NCBI RefSeq assembly: GCF_009914755.1
Contig: NC_060926.1
Reading direction: 5' to 3' (one strand)
Length of the DNA stretch: 64,000 nt
From: the human T2T-CHM13v2.0 reference genome, Homo sapiens
A program made the translations under genes and the position numbers. The notes under the pieces are model-generated. The model was not told where the DNA came from, did not search any database, and saw only the letters and a list, made by a program, of their open reading frames with translations. Shown one piece after another: positions 44,892 through 56,060 of this stretch. Position 1 is the stretch's first letter. Each line of letters starts with the position of its first letter.

Positions 44892-45180
44892 TTTTTGAGA
44901 CAGGGTCTCACTCTGTTGCCCAGGCTGGAGTGCAGTAGCACAATCAAGGCTCACTGCAGCCTCGACTTCCTGGGCTTAAGTGATCTTCCCTCCTCAGTCT
45001 CCTGAGTCGCTGGAACCACATATGCACACCACCACACCTAGCTAATTTAAAATAATTATTTTGTAGAGATGAGATCTCCCTATGTTGCCCAGACTAGTTT
45101 TGAACTTTGAGACTAAAGCAGTTCTCCTGCCTTGGCCTCCCAAAATGCTGAGATTACAGTGTGAGCCACTGTGCCTGGCC
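44892..45180 (-). mobile_element. AluJ-type element
   Basis: tttttgagacagggtctcactctg...gctcactgcagcctcgac...gagccactgtgcctggcc; TATAAGCT occurs at 45181-45188 and 44731-44738. Confidence 0.95.
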
Positions 45181-46029
45181 TATAAGCTATCTTTTATAAA
45201 CTGTAACCATAATAACCTCCTCTACCATTTCAATGTACAGTTATGGTCATATTTAAATTTTTACTTCAAATATAGCTGGCTAGAGTTCTCACTTGCCCCA
45301 GAACTTCAGTCTACATACCATGCCACGCAGAGAGTTGGTAAACCATAATTAATCTGCTATTCACAAGGCTACTGGTCTTTTATCACCCAACAATGTTAGT
45401 CCCCCCTGTGATGGTACCATCCCACCGCCCTGTTCGAGCCACAGTGATGATCCTGTTTCCTTTGGTGCCCAGCTCAGTCAAGGGTGCTCTACTTCTGTGT
45501 TTGCAACTACCATTACCAGCTGTTCTTCCCTAAGGTACTAACTACACTGATGACAGCATATACAAAATTTTCTATCATCAGCCCCATGAGTTCAAAAGGG
45601 CTTCTCTTGAATGTTGGTTGCCAGGTGGGGTACCCCTTTCTGTCCTCAATGTAACTTCATTTCAGGAATCTCATTGCCCTTTCCAGAGACTGGGATTGAG
45701 TCAGTGCCACACAGCTCTATGTCAGCAGAGACTAGGTATTAGTTCTTTCTCTCCCAGAAGGCGCTGGACATCTTGTGTAAACTGATCTCCTCCCCAGGAA
45801 CCAGCTTTACAGAGCAGAATACAAGTGCATTCTCAGGGAGTGGCAGACTTTTATTAATGAAGTCAGAAAGTTTTCTGCTCTATGACAATGATTGTGTACC
45901 TGCTCTATATTTGCTAAACTAAGAAAGTTATTCAAGTAATACAGAAGATAAGCACTTCTAGATTTAAATATCTGCTCTTCTCCCCACCCAACACCTAAAA
46001 AAATCATAAATCAAATTCTACCAAGTCAG

Positions 46030-46575
46030 TGTTCAACACTATTTCAATAGTTGTTTCTTGCTTTTAGGATAAAAATCCAAAATTCTTCCCCAAATCCTCA
46101 AAAAAATAAAGTATATTACATGGCTCCTTCTCACCTCTCCAGATACATCATGAGCCACTCCATCTCCCTCCATAGCAGGCTCACAGGCCTTCTTTCAGTT
46201 CTTTGGTGAACATATTATAAAAGCCAACTTTTTCCTGCTGCGGGGCCTTTGCACATATACAATGGTCTCTCATACTCTACTGCTATCTGAGTGGCCCCCA
46301 CTCCTTACCTCCTCTATAGTTTAAATTTCACTTACTCTAAATCGTCAATATAAACTAAGGACCCGATGTTCTTTTTAATTATAATGTCCTATTATTTTTA
46401 TTTTACAGCATCTAATATAAATTATTACATACTTATATATGTGCTTACATTTTTAATGTCTTCTTTCAACTGTAAGCTCTATAAGGATAGAGCCTTGTCT
46501 GTTTTGTTCACTGCTGTAGAGCAAGCTTAGTGCCTGACCCAAAGTAAGCCTCAAGAAATATTTTATTAGATAATT
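46030..46575 (+). mobile_element. L2 LINE 3' end
   Basis: aggataaaaatccaaa...ggcctttgcacat...actgtaagctctataaggatagagccttgtctgttttgttcactgctgta...tagtgcctgaccca...aaatatttt. Confidence 0.75.
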
Positions 46576-49149
46576 GAAGGAATAACTAGAAATACCCAAT
46601 AACAGAACCACTAGCTTTATTGTCTTGGAAGAAATCTTCATTGTACATCGCATGCTTTGCACAAAGGTTTCCTAAGTTGGGAAGAAAGATCAACTACATG
46701 ACCTTGAACTTTCTAGTTCGGGAACTAATACATTATAAGACATAAGCTGCTATGTGGATTCTAAGAACAGAAGGTCATTCTTATTTGGGAAGTTAGTAAA
46801 AGTTTCAAGGAGGAATTACTTGAAATATAATCGAGATATAACTTAGAGGAAATGTTTGATTTGAAACTGCACAAGAGAGAACTTCAGAGATGTGAACATG
46901 TGAAAAGGGAAACATAAAAAGGTAAATAAGAACATCTTGTGGGAAAAGGTAAACCTGAGTTCATCTGAGAAAGGTATGGATTAACAGGTTAAGCAGACAT
47001 GGTAAAGTGAGTTGATAAAAAGTTTGAACTGGGTTCAAATTTCCATCTCTTAGGGGAGTGATAAAATTAGGGAGATTCATCTGACTATGCTGAGTATGTC
47101 AGAAGGATAAGTAGCTAGAGGTAAAGAGTAACTAAGGGGCTACTAATCTACCATAACAGCTATGAAGCTTGGAGTAAAGATAGGGTGATAGCTACGTATT
47201 TAACAATTCTATAAATTGGCAACAGCAGAGAGGCTGCAGTTCCCACAAGCAATAGCAAGAGAGAGCTGGCAAGAGACTACCATAGCTTCAGGGGCCCATG
47301 TAAGTACTATTTGCTGGTGTACCAGCACTGACACCAGGGTACCATCTTTCCTGGAAGAATCTGAGACCCCCCTAGCCTGGGAGAGAACATCCATGGGCAC
47401 ACTGAGGCTGAGATGCGCAGGCTGGGACACAGGCTGGTTAGCCAGTTGACAGCATATTAAGCAGGGTACCCACAAAGCTCTTGGGATGAAGGGAGTACAG
47501 GTACTCAATGGACTTGAGGAAAAGTCTCTTTCTCAAACCTGTACAAAAGCATTTTAATATTTTAGCAACCAGTATAATCATATCTGTAAGTGCTGGGTGC
47601 ATATCAGCCACAGGTAAAGAAAGGCTAGATAAGATGTGGACTGGCAAGAGGAGAGAGGACAGAATCAAAAGAAATCTTAACGGAAAAAGAACAAGATACC
47701 AGATGACAGACTAGGAGAAGCCAAGAATATTAAGTAATCTGATTCCAAGATTTCAAGTCTGAAGAACCATATAGGGGAGAGTGTTATATTAATGACAGAC
47801 ATAAGGTATTTTGGAAACAGAATAAATTTGAGTGAAGTGGTATATGAGAATTATGAGTTTTTAAATTATTGACTTGAAAATGTTATTCATAGTTGTTCAT
47901 AAACATCCATAAAGGCAACTAAAAGTACAAACCTTAAGTTCAGATCTGAACTCAAAGTTACAGACTTTGGGGAAAACTATGCAAATATCAGTATAAATGT
48001 GATAATGGTAAATAAACTCTTTAAGTAAGTGAACATTAAAATGAATCCTGAATAAATGTGCATATAGATAGCTTTCTTTTAGGATAAAGTAAATTAAAAT
48101 TGGCCAAAACATATCATTAAATTAAAAATTAGAATGTTATAAAATATACTAAATAAATCATTTTTAAATATCCAAGATTCATTTTAAAACGTGATCCCCA
48201 AACTGGGGTGCATATTAGACTCTTTGGGTAACTTTTACCATCATACTGGTGGTTGACCAATTAGATGGGAATCACTGAATTAAAATAGTCTGTAAAATGA
48301 ACATATGTAAAGTCAAATGTCTTAGAAAAAGATTTGAATAATCTTCAATGAAGAGCTTTAAAAAATAAAGATTTATCTAGACACTGAAAAGAGTTTAAAC
48401 ATAGAAGAATCAAAAATTTAAAACCATGCATATGTTATTTAACCACAGGTATACCATAAACATTTTAAAGATTAAAATATGTTTTTGTAAAAATATGTCT
48501 TTCAAATTTTTTAAATCTAGTTTTACTGAAGTTTCTTATGGTAGAAATGTGTGTTAATGAAAAGTTGAACAAATTAACATTTCAGTTCATGCTAAGAAGC
48601 ACACTTCACTATTTCACTAGAACTAAAGAAAAATAAGTTATTGTTAAGTATTTCTGCAGAAGCAAAATTCAGGGGAAATTCCTAATTTGGTATTTGTAGC
48701 TCATCTAAGGATATTGTTTCTATCTACTAACGAGGTAATTATAGATATTTGAAATCAAATTTAAGTAGTATGACTTGGAGAAAAAAAAATTCCCATTTGT
48801 AGTATCTTTAACAATAATTGATAGTCATAAGTAACCCATCTCTGGGTTACAGTAACCACTAAATATTATACAGCTTATAGAAGGTAACCCAGAAGATATG
48901 TCCAAAAGAGCCTAGAAGAGGTACTGGAGAAGAGGGTATAGCTGAAGTCTCAAAAAAATAGCACCCATTCACTAAGGATATGTTACTTGATCAAGAGAGC
49001 ATCATACTCTAAACTTGATGCGAATTTCACATGAAAGAAACTTAATAGCCAGAGAATAGGAAATATTGACTCTAAAGATGTCTTAGAATGTCTAAGAATA
49101 GCAAATCAAGCATGGCCCCACCAAAATAAAGCTGCTAACTATAGGTAAA

Positions 49150-49830
49150 AACTTTGTTTTCTATTCTTTTTCTGATTATGAAAGTAACAATGCCTCATTA
49201 TATAAAAACAGGTATTTACAGAGATATTTAAACCAGTACCTAAACCTACCCCTATTTTTAACATTTTAGCATGTTTCTTTTCAAAAAAATTTGAGATTTT
49301 ATCTATCGATAAACAGATAATGTATGGATGTATATATAATATACTATAAAGTATTTACCTCTCTATAATAACCTAAGCATTTCCATGTCATTAAGAAATT
49401 CTTCAACAGCATAATTTTTAAGACTATATATACTTCAGCTTATGGAATAACCATGATTTACCTAAGCACTGTACCGAAAGTAATTTCCAATAATAATACT
49501 CCAGTGTCTACTTTTGTGGATAAATCTGTCTGCATTTCTAACAGGTTTCTTAAAATTGAAGTCTCAAAGAAGGCATTATTAGGTGAAAAGAGAGGCAAGC
49601 GCATTATAAAGTTCCCATATATAAAACTGCCGTCCAAAATGAGGTGTCAATTTAAACTTGCATGAGTACTGTGTCAAAACAACATTACCAATGTAATGCT
49701 ATCAATAAAACCAATACAATGTTATTGATGTTAAACAATCTCAGTAGCTTTCATCATTTATAATATGGTGAGTAAAACATGGTATTTTATTATTTTAAAG
49801 TGTATTTATTTCATTGATTGGAAATAAATT
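49150..49830 (-). mobile_element. Old L1 (L1ME-type) fragment
   Basis: gcatttccatgtcattaag...tggaataaccatgatttacctaagc...aaacttgcatgagtactgtg resembles antisense L1ME 3' sequence. Confidence 0.55.
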
Positions 49831-50920
49831 TGTCGCGTTAATTATTAATTCCTGAGATTACAAAAGTTTTTTTGAAAAACGCCAATTTAAAATCAATTAT
49901 TGAAAGACTAAACTATTATTTTCTATATTTTTAAAGACCAAGAGATAATACATCAAATGTGCAGTAAAATCAAGGCTAATGGCATGCAGTTTAATGAGAT
50001 AATTAATTAGCTTTTTATGCTAATTAGTACAACTGGGAATCATTCTAGTTAACTATGGTGATTCTAAAAAATATGCAATAGTTGGAAATAATCAGATTTA
50101 TAATAATATAAATTGATATAAAATATTTCAAAATGTTTTATTAGTTAATAATCATATCTAAAGAATTAAACTTCTATCTCTGCCATAATTGAAAAATAAA
50201 ATAAAAATAAAACTCAACACCATGAAGCAAACAGTTACACTGTATAACCTGTATAACATATTACCAAATATCTCTCTCTGGGCTATTTTTTCCCCATATT
50301 TCTTGATGACATACTTTTAAAATCCTAACATTCACTCTTGATTTCATATGTTAAAGTATTCAGAAACCTTCACATTTAGCCTTTATGTCCAGTAGATGAG
50401 TTATTCAAATGACTTTTAAGATCAGTCATACCCTTGAGATTCTATGACTTACAAAATATAATTAAACTTAATTAATAACTCTTTAAGAACTGATTTCATC
50501 ATATATAAGCAGAAATTGTGACTCCTATATTACGGGTGATTGTATCATAGAACCTGACACACAGCACACGGAAGTGTTCAATAAATGCCATTCCCTTTCC
50601 CCTAACTTCCAGCTCTCCCCCTCTGCTCTCTATCAATATGTACTTGTTGACAAATCAAATTTTATTTGTAATTAAAAGGTGAAAAAATATAATTACATAT
50701 TTACAATATCTATTGTCAAACATCCTTACCTTAAATTAATGGTTGAATGTAATCTGGCAAGGAACAGAAGTATATCAAAGGACACTTCTAATTCTATATT
50801 TTTGAAAAAGACCCTATAAATTAGAGAAAGCTTTTTTTACAAGAGTGATTAAAACAGTTAACATGAATTAATCAATCTCAAAAAAGTCACAGAAGTTAGG
50901 TCAGTGATATCATTCTATAT

Positions 50921-51097
50921 CCATGGCTCTAGACCTTCACTGTGCATCAGAATTATCTGGGGAAATTAATAAATCATTATCAATGCCTGAGCCCTACCCC
51001 TATTTTTATTAAATTGGTATGGGATGGGGTAAAAATACCAGTATTTTTTAAACATATCCAGATGATTCTAATGTGCAGCCAAAGTTGAGAACCACCA
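50921..51097. mobile_element. MER5A-like hAT MITE
   Basis: ctgtgcatcagaattatctgggga...cagatgattctaatgtgcagccaaagttgagaacca, flanked by near-identical cattctatat / cattctacat. Confidence 0.8.
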
Positions 51098-52589
51098 TTC
51101 TACATATTGAGAAGAAATAAATTACAGAGTAGAGCAACTCGCAAAATGAGACTAGAATCCAAGTTTCCAATTTTAGGACTTACAAGAAAATCTCCTCCTG
51201 GAATCAAAAGAGGTTTGAATGTACATTATATAATATGAAGATATTTAAACATATTGAGGCACCCATGACATTTAATTGGCATTCAACCTTACACAAAATG
51301 ATGGTAATCAACAAATGATCACCCTTACTAATGCCATAAATGGTCCTTCCATCACACCATCTTAATTTCAAAAGTAACATTTTCTTTGCTTCTGAATCTG
51401 AAGAAAACAAAAAAATCTCAAAGTCTAACATAACTACTTTGCAATTACTTTTTGCCATATATAAAGAGAAAGAAGTCCTCATAACTAATCTTTTCTATAC
51501 AAAAATGAACAGACAGCAGGAAAAAAAATATATAGGAATAGAATCACCGCCTTAGGTGATGGGCAGACAGTTTCCAAAGCAAAGCATTCTCTCACTCTGT
51601 CCCGGTTAAAACCTGTTTGTCTGGGGATTGGCTCAGCTGCTCCAGTTCCAGCTTCCCGGCCTTCCAAGGTGCTGACGTGACCTCAGTTGTCATTCTGCTG
51701 GAGCTAGATCCAACTAACAAAATCCAACACATGCAGGCACTTGTTTCTCCATTATCCAGTGCCTTCAAGGGCAGCAGAGAATCAGGGAGTCAGTCACCTC
51801 TTCTAATCTTGCCCTTGATAGTTTTTATCCTCAATCCTTAAACACTGTGCAAAGGTTATTAGGCAGATGAACATCAATGATCAGCAATCAAATGGACCAA
51901 ATGAAGAAAACAAGATAAAAATTCAATTAAATATTAGCTAGTTGATTTACAGAATTTTACAGAAGGGAAGCATCTAGTAAACTGAGTTTATTCATATACT
52001 GATGAAGATCTGAAGGCTTTAGTTGAGGAAGCTACATGACAAAAGTCAGCCTCCTCCCCCCATCCTCCTTTCTTTTATAAAGATAACTGAAGAGATTGAA
52101 GGAAACAAATATTGTAAATATTACTGTAAGATGCCAATATTATATACATGATTCCTGAAAGTTGAGTATCTATGTACATATGAAGAGTAGAGAGATGCCA
52201 TTTAAAAATCACATCTCATCTGCTTTTTTTGAAAAGGGATTCTTTCTTATAAGCTGTATCAAGTGTAACTTGAACATGATGTCCTTAAATTTTTGTGATC
52301 ATCAACAATTTGTAGTAACAGACTCTGAGATCAAGAGCAACGTACGTGATGAAGCCTCATCTTACTCCCTATACCAACTCAGCACTGAAGATTTGCATGC
52401 TTGAGCTTTCCTCTTCTAGCTCTAAATAATTCCTCATATACAGCATGGTACACAGCTTTACCTACAAGCACAAAACAACATTCTTTACCCAGTACATGTT
52501 ATTACCTCCTCATTTAAAAGAAAAAACATGAAGCACAAGATGTGTAATCATATTATGAACAAAAGCATGTTTTAATGTTAGCTTTTTTA

Positions 52590-52750
52590 GTTAGCTCAGT
52601 GACCATCAGCACATTTTTAACCTCTCTGACCCTTAGCTCGGCATCTCTAAAATGAGGGTAATAAGGAACCTATCCCGTTGTGCTTTTAGAGGATTAAATA
52701 AGATAAAAGACACCCTATTGCACATTGTAAGCACTTAATGATAGTTATTA
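52590..52750 (+). mobile_element. MIR SINE fragment
   Basis: ttaacctctctgacccttag...catctctaaaatgagggtaataa...gaggattaaataagataa. Confidence 0.7.
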
Positions 52751-53870
52751 CTAGGTATATGAGTAAAGGCTCTACTGCTTTAGATTCATTAAAGAATTGG
52801 CTTTCATTTTCATTTGAGATTACTTTATAAAAATCATATGGTTATCCACATAAGTTACTAATATAAGTGGGTTTTTGATATGTTTATATTTTAATGTATG
52901 GCATTTAAGCTAACTGACACTAAGGACATGGATAACTCTTCTAATGTCATCTAAAGTGATATTTCTCAAATGAAATATCCTTCTGTGGGAAGGACCAATT
53001 GGTTTTTTAAATTTCTAATTCATCACATTTGTATAATCAAGTCAAATTTGACAAAAACAAAATACAAGCCCCCTATTTTTATTACTCTATCAAACTTTGG
53101 TGACAGTTTTAAGCATTTACTCAACTTCTATATTTAATTTCAAGGCAGACTGGTAACAAATGCTTTCCAGCCTACAGACTGCATATTAAGTAGGACTACT
53201 ATAAAGAATACTTGATTTTAAGAATGATAGATATTGACTATTTTATAATAAAACAAACTAAAATTTAAAACTAAAAATCCTTATTAATGGTGTTTCACTT
53301 ACATGAATCTCAATTCAAACTAGGTATGAATTTTAAAAAATAGTAAAATTGCCAAAATACCATAGGGGCCCCTTGGTGAAAGCCACGTATTTAACATACT
53401 GTCTTAAAAGGCTATTTAATACAGCCACTGAATTCTAACTTAATGTTGATTTAATACAAAGCATTACCGTGCAATAGTCACTAAATAAACTATGAAAAAC
53501 AACCAATAAGAGTAACCTTACAGGTTTACACTTAAATTTTTTAAGGAAGTTCCTCACACTAATCTAACTACAATATACTTAGGAATACTTGGCAACATTA
53601 ACAGTACCTGTGGCTACTCTAGGTAGTATTTCTTTTTAAAGGCCAGGTACTTGTATAAAGAGAAGTCCCAATATTATAAATCCAACAAACTCAATAATAT
53701 ATTAAAATGTTTAGCTTGTTGTTTTTCTTACAGAACAGATAATACTTTCTAGGTATTTGCTTTTCTAGTGCTTTATGATTTCAACGTAATGTTTTGTCAG
53801 TTTTGGCATAATGAAAATTAATAATACAGATCCTACCTACACGGTTGAACCCTACTTGGGCTGCCATGGT

Positions 53871-53910
53871 AGAAAGAGAGAGAGAAAGAAAGAGAGAGAG
53901 AGAGAAGAGA
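53871..53910. repeat. (GA)n-rich microsatellite
   Basis: agaaagagagagagaaagaaagagagagagagagaagaga. Confidence 0.85.
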
Positions 53911-55899
53911 CAACCCTTTGTTGACTAAACAAAATCCCCTATTTTCCCTATACCTATGAGGAAAAATATTACAATGAAACAAAATGAGATGGACAGACAA
54001 CATTCTTATGTCTATAATGTTAAAATTTGGTTTATCAGTAAATTACTTCATATCTTTCAAGCCTGCTTTAAAAAAAATCTCAGAAACCATAAAAATGTTT
54101 TCATTAGTTATTTAAACACTAGAATAGGTAGTGACTAAGATTTGAGAAGAAGATGAGAGGCAGTCTCTAACCAGCATTACTCATTATTTCTCCAACCTGG
54201 AAAAACTTTTTCTTCTTTCAGAGGTCAAATTAAAAGTACCTTTACCTATGGTTATCCAGAAAAGGAATGAGAATTAGAATAGATACGTTCACTGTAGTCT
54301 GCCTAAAGAAAACACTAGGAAAGAATTATGATATACAAATTTCCTTCACATTGATGTTTTTCTGGCAACTGACACTACCTACTATTAAGATAATTCTGAG
54401 ATTACAAAAAAAAAAATTAGTTCAAATGAAGGAAATCCTTACCTAGGCTCCAAATTAAATTTAATTTTAAAAAGCAATTATTAAAAATGTTTATGTCCAC
54501 AAAGGAAAGTACGACCCTAACGTCTTATAACAATCAGCTATCAAATGAATAATCCAGCACCTTAAGAGTATTTTTAATCAGTCTCTGTATTCCATCATAC
54601 ATGAAATATAGTACAGCTTGTTCCATGTTTGGTCCAAGATGCTAATGATAGTAGCTGTGGCAATCAAATCAGTAGCACGAACGATAGTACACTCACACCT
54701 AGAGTGCAAAGAAACATTCTTTCTTACTACTTTATTCTCACTTTAGCTCTGTCTAAAGGACAGGAAATAATGTCATTCCTCCCATAACAAATAAACCTGC
54801 CATTTCAGATAACTGATCCATGACAGGTTACTAGTATTCAAAACTGGCACTTAGAACATTGTCACCATGCAAGCAAACAGGAAGCAATTTGCAGGCTGTA
54901 GACCTAAATCTGCTACATGGATCTTTTTTACTTGTTTTGGTAAAACCAGGAAAGAAGCACATACAATACATATTTTTAAAGAAGTGGTGATTTTCATGTT
55001 TTCAATAATTCTGTATTTAAACTAGAATTTGTGAGCGGCATCTTTGAGATGGGACAGATGCATAGTCCCAGAAATATTGACTACTTTCTGTACCCGGGAA
55101 AACCAAGGCGTGGTGCTGTTGGCAGTTGTCAGGGTATCTGTTTGCCCAACTTTTATCCAGCTGGAGCAAAGGTAATAAGCTCTTGAAATAGAAAAAGAAA
55201 GTGGAAAAAGACAAAATTTGCAAATTGATAATTTTCAAAACTGAATTAAAATGTATAGTACCATACAGGACTTGTCCATTAAATGTAATACAAACAAGAA
55301 TAAACCAGAGCAATTCACAATTCACCAAGACAAGTTGGGAGGTTGTTTTTACACCTGTTCTTGGTTTGCTCCCAATGTACAAGCAATAGGAAATTTTTTA
55401 AGTAAATAAGACGTCAATCTCATAAAATCTCAATAACTCTTCATTAGAAATTAAACAAAAATAATGCATAAAAATCCACAGCATATAGCAAAATGAATTT
55501 TAATAAGACCAAATATAACATTTAAAGGAAGGGGGGGGGTCTCAATTCTATTGAATTTATAGAATAATATGTTGATTTAACTAATAATCAATTGTTCTAT
55601 TCTTCTTGTCATATTTCCAGCTGTACCAGAAAATTTTTTTAAAAAGAAGTGCTTCCTCAGTAATATTCTGCTGCTCTACAACAGTAAGCAAAACAGCAAG
55701 CATGAAGGCATCAAGAGGAAAGCACATGTGAGAAATGGGCAGCCTTTCATTGTAAAAAGGTTCCTTTTTACTCTCGAATATTGTGAGATAAGCAGTAATG
55801 GAAAAATAAGAGAGGTAAGATGGCATGGACCCAAGGAAATAACTGGAGGATCAAGTCCATATAGTGGTCAGGATAATGGCAATATAAACAATAATAAGT

Positions 55900-56060
55900 A
55901 ACCACGTTACTCACATGTTCTAAATACCGTAGAGGGGGCTTAAATATACAACTAATCTAACAATCTTAAAAAATATAAGTATTCTCACTTTGTACAGGTA
56001 AGTCAACTGAGGCTCAGAGATATTAATTTATTCATACAAGGTCACTCAGTCAGTAGCTAG
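55900..56060 (-). mobile_element. MIR SINE fragment
   Basis: tattctcactttgtacaggtaagtcaactgaggctcagaga...caaggtcactcag. Confidence 0.7.

Noticed and set aside
52456-52482. Possible recursive splice site TGTTGTTTTGTGCTTGTAG|GTAAAG on the minus strand
   Set aside because: The regenerated donor is weak (GTAAAG) and the tract is G-interrupted; it would need saw-tooth nascent RNA evidence.
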